A stretch of 64,000 nt of DNA from Yuukianura sp. NJ FZ-2021 (taxonomy: Eukaryota), in assembly GCA_046563655.1 (NCBI GenBank), contig CM102285.1:5952001-6016000 (forward strand). The letters run 5' to 3'. Under the pieces are notes generated by a model. The model saw only the letters and a program-made list of their open reading frames with translations, was not told where the DNA came from and did not search any database. The position numbers and the translations under genes are program-made. Numbering within the stretch: position 1 is the stretch's first letter; each line of letters begins with the position of its first letter. Shown here piece by piece: positions 41,872 through 52,159 of the stretch.

Positions 41872-43996
41872 TCACTTGTTACCTATTCTAGAAATAACAG
41901 TTAATCGAACTTTACACTTGCGGTACACAATTTCAGCAACAAATGCGATGATGCAGATGAGTGTGAGTACAGCGTGTAAAATAAAAACTCCAAGCAGTAA
42001 ACCACTGCATCACGAGAGTCGTTCAAGTAAATTTCCCGGTAAATTTTGAATTGCCAAAAATTTATCAACTTTTTTCTTAACCTTGAACTCGCTCGTTTCC
42101 GGACCTTCCAGGATGTACCGGAACAGTCCAGAATGTACCAAAGACTGGAACTGCCTGTGCACATGCCCAGAGCGATCAAAGGTGATTGAATCCATCATCC
42201 AATACGTATTGTAGGAAAAGTACTTTTCTTTCCCGTAGTACAACTTCTTAGACGCTTCAGAATCGAGTTGTACTAAATCCAAGAACGTTTTTGTTAAGCC
42301 CATTCCATTATCTATGTAAATTTTGTTGTCACACTGGATAATTTCTCGCAGAAGTTCGGTTGGTTCGTTTCTATTTTTAACAAAAATTATTGTAATACTT
42401 TCGATTAATTTTGGAAACACTTCATTCAGAACAGTGAAGTTAAATGAGTGGGATGTAGGGACGTGACGATAGACTCCATTGATAAAAGCAATTACGTGTC
42501 TTGCACGCTTAACCCACAACAAATTGTGCTCCGTTCGCTCAGTATAGTTCAACTGCTCAAATTCCCGCCAGTCGGGTGTGTCCCCACCCGGTTTTTGAAA
42601 GGGAACTGCAACTTTAAATTTTCCCGCCATAGCGTCACTGACTGATTCCAGCTTAGAAGTTGGTAGTGGGGCGGTTAAGTCGGCTGTTACCTCAGAGCGA
42701 TACAGATTTGACAATGAAACGAAGAATAAAGCTAGTGCAGCCAAGAGAAATTTGAGGAAATAAATTTTGTTCAACGTACCAAAAAAGTTAATGTTTTGTT
42801 CAAACAGCAACCGAATAACAAAAAAGACGTAGTTGGCTGCAGAACGCTTGTATCGAACTACTGCATACACGAATAAAATAACAGCTATTAGTGAGGTGAA
42901 AAGACTAATCCAGAGGTCAAGTTTAAAAGGTCGTGTTAACCATAATAGACTAAGAAATGTGTCTGCACCGGCGCAAGTAAGAAATTTAAACTCATGACTG
43001 TTTTGGTCGTAAATGTAACCATATAGTTGCATGAGTTGTGTTGTTGTACCAAATTCCTCAGCATTTTGTAGGAATGCCTCAGGGTACACAACCAACCACT
43101 TTAAATTCCAGTCGTTGCGTACAAATTTGATTACGTCCGGACCCAAATTTGATTTTGAACCTCTGGAAGCTGATTGGTTGAGATAACGGGTTACGCTTTT
43201 TACAATGTTTATGTGAGGGGTATAGGTTATTATGTGAGGTATATCAGGAGCGTCTTCTACATTCCCTCCGGTTGAAAGCAAAACATGTTTGCCATCAGAT
43301 GCATCGGATGCCCATACAATGGGACACGCGTGAAGTAGAATATTTCTCAGTTCAGTATCGAGTAGTGACCGAGATGGGATTTGCACAACATTTGTATCTA
43401 GCCTGCGTAGAGCATATGTATTGCATGGGTACGGTGTAATTGTTGTAATTTCGATCACATTGCTTGAGATGCGGTAGAAGAATTGCGGTATCGAAGGCTC
43501 CATCCACGGTTCATCACACTTGTCAAGGTACAGCTTGTCTTTTCCCACCATTTTGTGGGAGAGTAACCACACAAAATAAATGTTTCGACCGTTACACCAT
43601 GGCAATTTTGTTGCCTTGAAGTTACACTGCACTAGCCATTTAAATCGAGTCGGGAGTAAACACAGTTGCGCCGTAGAGAGATGATGCACCAAATTTAAAA
43701 TTAATGCGCAAGACTGATGTTTTACCAATTTACTGATTTCCAAAGATTTAATTGTAGAGTCAATTTGGGTTTCATTTTGTGGTAGAACGATTAGCTGAAT
43801 TGGTTGATTTGAAAAGTATTTCAATTCAAAGTTCGCTGTCGCCTGCGTCACGACAATTACATGGCAGTTTGTGCATGACAGTATTGGCACCAAATGATGG
43901 CTCCGAAGATGTGTCGAGATGGTAATCTTCCCGAACATGGACAATTTTCGTTTCGATAGTACGCCATTTTGCTGAATGAGTTACTACAAAGCGCAT
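41872..43996 (-). pseudogene. Divergent ionotropic-receptor-like chemoreceptor, copy 2 (premature TGA, probable 5' frameshift)
   Basis: 644-codon ORF with FLTCAG..RPFKLDLWISL and LSNLYRSEVTADLTAPLP. TGA at 42010-42012 where paralogues have Trp; the last TM continues in frame to 41872. Confidence 0.8.
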
Positions 43997-44757
43997 TTCA
44001 TGAACTTCACCGACACGAAATGACTAGTTTTTCTAAGCGATACGATAACATATAAATCGCTATTTTAGCACAAAATTTAATCGGCCGGTTTCTATTCTTC
44101 ACAAAAGTTGCTGTAACATTCTCAGTTTTGAAACTTTTCAATTACAGGTGTAAAATATAATAGGTAAAATGCACCAATACGACGGATCACTCCTTTGCAG
44201 TGTGCAATTGAATCGAAGAATTGAAAAAAAAACTTAGAAATTTCACTTAATTTCTATTGTCGGAAGCAATTTCAGTTTTTGAAAACGGAAACTTGACTCT
44301 TTTTTTTCTCCCGACCATTTGTGTGCCTCAGGTACACATTTATTTAGTATCATCCTACAAAATCTAAGAATTTAAATAGCTATTGTAATTCAACTGCACC
44401 TGAGGTACACAATTTCATTAATTAATAACTACAATGACGAAAATTAGAGTAAGTATACAGACAAGTACTACTAAAGTACTATTATATCTTCCATCGCCTC
44501 AAATTGTTTTAAATTCTATTTGTTTTGGTATCGCCAGTGGTTAGATGCAACTGAACGTGTATTTTGTCAACTTTTGAGAACTCTAACCTAAACCTAACCT
44601 ATTACCTCACACGTTACATTTTAGGAAAAAAATGTAAATACCGCTTTCACTTATTACCTACAATGTCCAAATGTCCACACTAACAGCATTAAATTATATT
44701 GCTATGGGTTCAATTGCTTAACCTAACTAAATACATTTAATTTAATTCACTTGTTAC

Positions 44758-46896
44758 CTAACCTATTCTAGAAATAGCAGTTAAGGCAACGCAACTACAC
44801 TTGAGGTTCATAATTTCAGCAACAAATGCGATGATGCAGATGAGTGTGAGTACAGCGTGTACAATAAAAACTCCAAGCAGTAAACCACTGCCCCACGAGA
44901 GTCGCTCAGGTAGATTTTCCGGTAAATTTTGAATTGCGAGCAATTTTTCCACTTTTTTCTTGACTTTGAATTTGAACGTTTTCGGACCATACAAGATATG
45001 CCGAAAAAGTCCGCAATGTATGAGGGACTGCAACTGCATTTGGATATGACCACCACGATCAAAGTCCATTGGCCCCATCATCCAATACGTATTGTAGGAA
45101 AAGTACTTTTCTTTGCCGTAGTACAACTTCTTGGACGCTGCAGAGTCGAGTTGTACTAAATCTAAAAATGTTTCTCTTAACCCGAATGTATCGTCTATGT
45201 AAATTTTGTTTTCACATTTCAGAATTTCTCGCAGAAGTTTTTTGTCTCTGTCCCAAAATTCCACAAAAATTGGTGTAATGCTTTGTATCAATTTTGGAAA
45301 CATTTCATTTAGAACAGTCGAGTTAGCTGGGTATAATGAGCCGTAGCCGTAGCCGGCGCGACGATAGACTCCTTGGATAAAAGGATTATTTCCATTCATT
45401 GCATTCATAACGCATTTCCAATTGTGCTCCATTCGCTCAGTGTAGTTCAACTGCTCAAGTTCCTCCCAGCAGGGTTTCCCTCCATACCATGAGTCTATAA
45501 TAATTGGAACTTTAAATTTTGCCGCAAAAGCGTCACTGACTGATTCCAGCCTAGTAGTTGGTAGTGGCGCGGTTAAGTCAGCGGTTGCCTCAGAACGATA
45601 CAGATTTGACAAAGTAACCAAAATTAAAGCGAGTGTAGCCAAGAAAAATTTTAGGCGATAGATTTTTCTCAATTTACCAGGAAACGTAATGCTTTGTTCA
45701 AACAGCAATCGAAGCACAAAAAAGAAGTAATTGTCCGTACAACGCTTGTATCGAACTACAACAAACACAAAATAAACAGAAACTATGAGTGAGGTCAACA
45801 GACCAATCCAGGTGTCAAGGTGAAAAGGATTTGTAAACCCTAATAGACTAATAAATGTTTCAACGCCGGCGCAAGTCATGAATTCAAAGTCGTGTGTGGT
45901 TTGGAGGTAAACCGATATGTATGGTAGCATCGTTTTTCTTTTGCTGCCATACATTTCAACAGTTGGTAATGCGTCCTCGTAAACATCAATCGGTTTTACA
46001 TAGAAGTCACTCATAGTCCAATATTTGCGCTCAAATTTTATTACGTTCGGACCCAAATTTGATTTTGATGCAGCTGAAGCTGATTTGTTGAAATATCGGG
46101 TTACGCTTTCTAAAATATTTATGGAAACGGGGTAATGTACATCAGGATTGTATAGTTCCTCATTCCTGCCGATTAAAAAATCATGAATTGTGGATCCAGG
46201 TTCAACCATGACCCATCTCATGGGACACGCATGAAGTAGGACTTTTGTCAGTTCAGTATCCAGTAGTGACCGAAAAGGGACTACTGCAACATTTCTATCT
46301 ATATTGCGTGTTCGTAGAGCGTATGTATTGCATGGTATTGGGGAAACTGTTGTCACCTCGGTAATATTGCTTGAAAGTCGGTACAAAAATAGTGGTACCA
46401 AATGCTGACTCCATGTTTCGTCACACTTCTCAAGGTACTGGTCTTCTTTTCCCACCATTTCGTGAGAGTGTAACCACACAAAGTAAATGTTTCGGCCGTA
46501 ACATGGTTGCAGTGTCATTGCATCGTAGGTATCGCACTCCACTAGCCAGTTGAATCGAGACGGTAGTCGACATAGCTGCGCAGTAGTGAGTTCGTGAACA
46601 AAATTTAGAATTAGTGCGCATGCATGATTTTTTACGAATTTTCTAACTTGTAATGCAGTAAATGTAGAGTTAATTTGGGTTTCATTTTGTGGTAGCACGA
46701 TTAGTTGAATAGGTTGACTTGAAAAATAATTCAATTGTAAACTTGAGGCAGCCTGCGCGACCACGACGATTACATGGCAGTAGTCGTATCCGAGATTTTC
46801 GAATTTAGCTGCCTGTTCGAAATTGGTGGACATTATGGAGAAAATAGTTGAAAAATTTATGAAAAGTTTGAAAAGTTGGTGCACTGACTTCATCAT
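44758..46896 (-). CDS. Divergent ionotropic-receptor-like chemoreceptor, copy 3 (intact, intronless)
   Basis: About 712 aa: N-terminal hydrophobic leader, FMTCAG..NPFHLDTWIGL (pre-M1/M1), LLFEQS pore region, LSNLYRSEATADLTAP (M2), LIHCGLF and a final TM helix. Confidence 0.82.
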   Translation of the reverse strand: MMKSVHQLFKLFINFSTIFSIMSTNFEQAAKFENLGYDYCHVIVVVAQAASSLQLNYFSSQPIQLIVLPQNETQINSTFTALQVRKFVKNHACALILNFVHELTTAQLCRLPSRFNWLVECDTYDAMTLQPCYGRNIYFVWLHSHEMVGKEDQYLEKCDETWSQHLVPLFLYRLSSNITEVTTVSPIPCNTYALRTRNIDRNVAVVPFRSLLDTELTKVLLHACPMRWVMVEPGSTIHDFLIGRNEELYNPDVHYPVSINILESVTRYFNKSASAASKSNLGPNVIKFERKYWTMSDFYVKPIDVYEDALPTVEMYGSKRKTMLPYISVYLQTTHDFEFMTCAGVETFISLLGFTNPFHLDTWIGLLTSLIVSVYFVFVVVRYKRCTDNYFFFVLRLLFEQSITFPGKLRKIYRLKFFLATLALILVTLSNLYRSEATADLTAPLPTTRLESVSDAFAAKFKVPIIIDSWYGGKPCWEELEQLNYTERMEHNWKCVMNAMNGNNPFIQGVYRRAGYGYGSLYPANSTVLNEMFPKLIQSITPIFVEFWDRDKKLLREILKCENKIYIDDTFGLRETFLDLVQLDSAASKKLYYGKEKYFSYNTYWMMGPMDFDRGGHIQMQLQSLIHCGLFRHILYGPKTFKFKVKKKVEKLLAIQNLPENLPERLSWGSGLLLGVFIVHAVLTLICIIAFVAEIMNLKCSCVALTAISRIG

Positions 46897-47667
46897 GTGT
46901 GCTAACAAAGAACTGCCTAGGTTTCAATTTCTCACTTGAATTTCTGGTTTTAATGGAACATTTAACTGTTCATGGGACTGTTTATTTTTGAATTCTGAGC
47001 TTAAAAGTTTCTGGCCTTCAACTTTTTCTTGTTAATCAAGATTGTATTAGCGTGTTGAGATATCAAATGATAGCTCTGTAGTTGTGTCGAGATGGTAATC
47101 TTCCAGAACATGACAATTTTCGTGCCGATTGTAAGCCATATTGCCAAATGAGTTGCTACAAAACGCATTTCACGAATTTCACCGAAACGAATTACTCCGT
47201 AAGGTACTTTACTTCGAAAGTAAACTATTCCTACGCGAATTACTGCGAAAGCCGAATGTCTGCTAAAGTTGAATTAGTTCGAAAAATAGTTTTTATAAGC
47301 GATAACCACATATAAATTATCATTTTAACGCAAAATTTAATCGGCCGGGTTGTAGCTTAAATTTCCTTACAGTACAACGTACTTAAATAGTCCACCGGGT
47401 CGGATACCCAAAAAATGAATTACTCCACCGTCCCTAATAGTACACCGGGTCTCCAATACTCCATCGGGTGTTTGGTAGTTATACCACAGGAGTATAAGAA
47501 CCGGAGAAGTTTTAGTTGAGCTAATAGTATAGCCAGTGTTGCTGGATGGATAAAATATTACTTCTACTCTCTTCTAAGGTGGTGGGTATATCTGGATTTA
47601 ATTGGTTTCTTTCGGACCAAACTCAATTTTGTCCATCACGAACGGGATTTTTTCCTGATAGATCCAT

Positions 47668-48703
47668 TTATTAAGTAGCTTTAGCTACTTTATAAAAGCG
47701 TTTTCGTCCGTCATCGCGTTTTCCGTCCTAGACCCATAAGGAAAGCCTGTCCGTCATCGCGTTTTCCGTCCTAGCATAGGGATCACCATTGAAAAAGTAG
47801 TGAAAATGTGAGACAAATTATCTCGGGAACTACTGGATCGATTTTGCTCCAGTTTTTTCTAGTGACTATCTCATGACCCGGACATGGTCACTATTGAATA
47901 TTATCCCGGTGTGTCAACTCCTTCCGGGTCAAAATCGATTTCAAAGGTCACGTGAATTTATGCATGGAGGAAGTGTGGGTAAAAAAATCTCTGCTTGTGA
48001 GACTGGAAAGGCAATTGGCATGGGAGTTGGTTCTCTGCTTAGCAAAAAATCTATTACGCAGTTGACTACATACTCATTACTCATGCACTGTGTCCAGTGT
48101 CCATTCCTTCCATCCGTTTCTTCTGCTGTTGCGTCGTCCGTATCCCACCTCCACATCTGTCACTTGTCACACCTCACTTGTCACCCGTCACACTTCATCT
48201 GTCACCTGTCACGCGTCACCCGTCACGCGGGAAAGTGGGGGGAACACCCACCCCCTCTCCCCCGGGACACCCACCCCTCTCCCCCGGGGCACCCACCCCC
48301 TCTCCCCCGGGGCACCCACCCCTCTCTCCCGGGGCACCCACCCGCTCTCCCCCGGGGCACCCACCCCTCTCCCCCGGGGCACCCACCCCCTCTCCCCCGG
48401 GGCACCCACCCCTCTCTCCCGGGGCACCCACCCGCTCTCCCCCGGGGCACCCACCCCCTCTCCCCCGGGGCACCCACCCCCGCGCTCCTGTGGTGCGGAG
48501 CGAAAAAGTGGGGGAACACTCCCACTCCCCCCGGAGGGGCGGGAAAGTGGCGTAACACACCCCCGCGCTCCCTGGGGTGCGGAGCGAAAAAGTGGGGGAA
48601 CATACCCCCACTCCCCCTGGGGGCTGATTAAGTCCTGTTTGTTTAAAAAAAACACCTAAACGCTAAAGCTACTTTTTTATGTGCGGTTTACAACCGGTTT
48701 ATT
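47668..48703 (+). mobile_element. Helentron/DINE-1-like non-autonomous element, copy B
   Basis: Same sequence as copy A with a longer CCCCGGGGCACCCACCCCTCT minisatellite. Confidence 0.75.
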
Positions 48704-49578
48704 TAGCAATGGGTACCTTCCATGATTATAATAATATAAAGTTATATTACATCTAATATAGTAATATTAAATAACAACTTAAGCATCCACTTTGTAGAAA
48801 TTCAAGTCCAAATTGTGGTTAAAAAGTTAATGCAAAATGGAATTCCCACTGAAAAAAAACAGTTTCTTGAAGGAAGGTTTTCATAAAGACAGTTTCAGAG
48901 AAAACTTTCCTTCTCAATCTCGATGTATTGATCCTTGACAGTGTACTTTCTCCAGAAAATCTGAAAAAAATTTATTGAAATGCCACAAACTTCAATTAGA
49001 ATTCGGAAATAGAAACACATAAATTCTTGTGAAATAAATGTCTAATATGCAATTAAAACAAGGTAGGGCGATGGTCAAAGGTTGATATTTGAATATGGCT
49101 CAATATTGTCAGTGCACATGTAGGGCTTTTTTTTTGTGTACAATTGCCCCAAAATGTTAAAAAACCGTTTGCATCAAAACGTTGTTCAACTTGAGCTGTG
49201 AACAGTATGCACCCTCTTCAATATTTTTTTGATGCACAATATTTTTTTCTTACATTCAAAAATACGGAGGTTATTTCGTAACCTTCTAACAAAAAGAAAA
49301 TAATTCAAAAGACCTTGCATTCAATTTGAAGAAATCAATTGCCGACGCAAACAAGATTGAACGAGCGACGTCGGTTGACCTCACTTTTAGTACCTATTAC
49401 CTGTTCAATAGAAGCTTTGTTTCAGAATTTCAAGAAAAACGTATTCCATAGACAGCCCGGTTCCGTGCTCATCAGTCAATTAAAAAAGATATCAAAGGTG
49501 GTAAATGCTACAGATATTTTTGTGAAATTGAATTTTACGTTATATTGTAGCTTTGACAGATTCACACAAATCAACAGA

Positions 49579-50397
49579 ATGAGTTGCATCGCCGTCGTTA
49601 CGACTCTGGGATTAATTGTAGCAGGAGAGGTTATGTGCGACGACTTATTTCTGCTGCAAGACTTCGTAGTTAAGGCGAACAAGTTCATAGTAAAAGTGGA
49701 TGATCCCGAAGTTGTTAGAGAAGCTGACGAATTCATTCGTATGGGGAAGAAAAGGAAGATTCCTATTGGTATAATCTGCAAAACGAAAGCTCCATACAAT
49801 CCCGACTGGAGTTACCATTTTGGTAAAACACTCCATTTTATTTTGTACAATATTTTTTGGTTTGATAGGAATTGCAATATGATGTGCAATGGGAATGTAT
49901 GACATGTATGACACCAACTTAATCACAGTAGCACTTTGGGTAAGCTGGAGTCGAAGAATACTTCCTCAAATTATCCTATTCAAAAGTCCTCCCTCCATCC
50001 CGTTTCCTCACTGAAACATCGAAAAACCTAAATTTTTGGAGGAAGGCAGGGAGTTTCCGTAAAAAGCGTATTCTAAAGTATATGCTTTGCTTTTTGCTGT
50101 AAATAGCTTTTTTTGCTGTCTTTGCTTTTTATGCTTTAAAACCAAGTAATTTGAGTAAATATTCGGTACACATTCTAGTCAACTTCTCAAAATGAAAACA
50201 TTCTTTTTTGAAAACTTCCAGATCCAAAAACTGTTCATTTCACTGACATGGCCGTGGAAGTGTGTGACGCGTCCATGGCTTACCTAGAGGAGCACTTCCT
50301 TGAAGCAGGAGGAGCCTTCCTTCCAGGAAACAAGTGGTGCCCATGGGGCGCACCTTTAGTGGGCCGAGTCAACGATACAACACTGAGCTCATATTAA
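49579..50397 (+). CDS. Small, probably secreted BP74/CaM-BP15-like protein of bacterial type (exons 49579-49822 and 50222-50397, 139 aa)
   Basis: Phase-1 GT..AG splice joins [24 protein letters not shown] to [43 protein letters not shown]; hydrophobic N-terminus [16 protein letters not shown]. Confidence 0.8.
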
Positions 50398-50582
50398 CAA
50401 TGCGTTCTCCCAGTCAAGTATGGAGTTAAGCATACTTGAGTTTGTTTTAACAGTGAGGTTAGGGAATCTACTGCTTGATGACATTAGAGAGTATATTTAT
50501 TCATAGGTGAAAACAAAAGAAAACTAAGGGTAAATTTCAGGAATTTCGTTGCATTTCCTGGGCTTACTACAGAATAAGTAGG

Positions 50583-52159
50583 TTATACGTTATTTAGACA
50601 ACGCTCTGATGCTTCCCGCACTGTATTCAAGGCGTCGACACGTCCATTCCCAAACACGTTATTAGGGAATTGATAGCCATTGATGACGCCGCAGTCCTGG
50701 TCATTTTCTGAAAAGGTCACGTTCTTTACGGCATTGGCCTCCAGCACATTTTTTATAAATTCAAAATCTGATGCGGGGCAAATTGATTTCAAAAGTACGA
50801 TTACTCCCGCGACATGTGGACATGCCATTGATGTACCAGATTGAAACTCGTAGTCCTCGTCATGTTGGATTCCGGCGGAAATGATATTGAGTCCAGGGGC
50901 AGAGATGTCTGGTTTTTGTTGACCTTCAAAGTAGGATGGCCCTCTGGAACTAAACCCTGCAATTCCATCTTCTGGAGTTGTGGCTGCAACCGAGATAACA
51001 CCAGCCAGAGAATCGGCAGGAGAGTAAATGGTTCCACATTGTGGCCCATCGTTCCCAGCTGCGAAAACGGGAATGATGTTCGCAGCATGCCACGCACGTA
51101 TCACTGCATCGTAAAACTTGTTTCCACCGACTCCTCCCCATGAGTTGCTGTAAAGATTATACAAGTTGAAAACTAGAGGCATATATTAAAAATTTTGCAA
51201 CCGCGAATATTGCATTTCAATGTGATTCGAACTAACCTCACGACATGTGGAGCCTTCCCGCAATCCTGTTGGCTTCCATCGTATTTATGTGGACAAAGCA
51301 TGAACTGAGCACATTCCAGTAGTGCGGACTCCAATGCACCAAATGGACCAAAACCCTTGCATGCAATCCACTTGGCACCCGGAGCAACTCCAATTCCAAA
51401 CCTAATCAAAATTAACTCAAATCGTTACATTTTCTTATATGCCAAGCGAAATGCTTTTGATTACCTGCCAGCGATTGTTCCTGTTACATGAGTCCCATGT
51501 CCCTCAGCATCATTTGGAATTTGACTTTTGAAATATGGGTCATACCAGGAATAAAAGTCACCACGGTAACTGTCGCTGATAGCTGCATGAGTTGACCTAG
51601 CACCGGTGTCAATTATTCCCACGGTGACCCCTTGCCCAGTTCCTGCAATGCCCCATGCCTCCTTGACCATGATTCTCTCAATACCTCAAACACTGTCGCC
51701 AATTTTCCAATCTTGAGAAACTGAAGTATGATTCGGATCGTCCAGTGGAATAGTAATTTCTTGATGGATTCTTTTCACTTGCTCAATTTTAGTAATCATA
51801 GTGATGAGAGGAGCATCGGCAGCCTCAATGTAGAGTTGGTTTGAAATCCAGAAAGATTTTACCTTGACCGAGTTCAACTTCTCGGATTTAAGAAGAGAGA
51901 GAACTGCTGCCTGTGACCTCGTGACATGTGAGGTCAGGATTTGGTATACCTCCATTGCGGCGACGTCGGGTTTCTTCTGTTGCCTTTTCTGTGCCAGACT
52001 AGAGAGGACTCCGTTCGTATTTTCAAAGGAAACCAAGACATCGACTCTGCCGTTGACCATCAGCGACTGCGTTATACCAGGATCTACTTTCCGCTCAAAA
52101 CCGAAAGTCAACGCTGAGTTCAAAACTATACCACAGATTAGATAGAAAAGTAATGTCAT
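50583..52159 (-). pseudogene. Subtilisin-family (S8) serine protease, bacillopeptidase-F-like, 3 exons, with one in-frame TGA
   Basis: Signal peptide, propeptide (SFWISNQLYI), IIDTG, GHGTHVTG, GVAPGAKWIACK, NSWGG, FAAGN, SGTSMACPHVAG. TGA at 51686-51688 in DSV*GIERI. Confidence 0.85.

Noticed and set aside
42010..51688. TGA reassigned to Trp as an alternative genetic code
   Set aside because: TGG is used for Trp throughout and TGA terminates the ZDHHC and GR-like genes; G-to-A in TGG is a common nonsense change.
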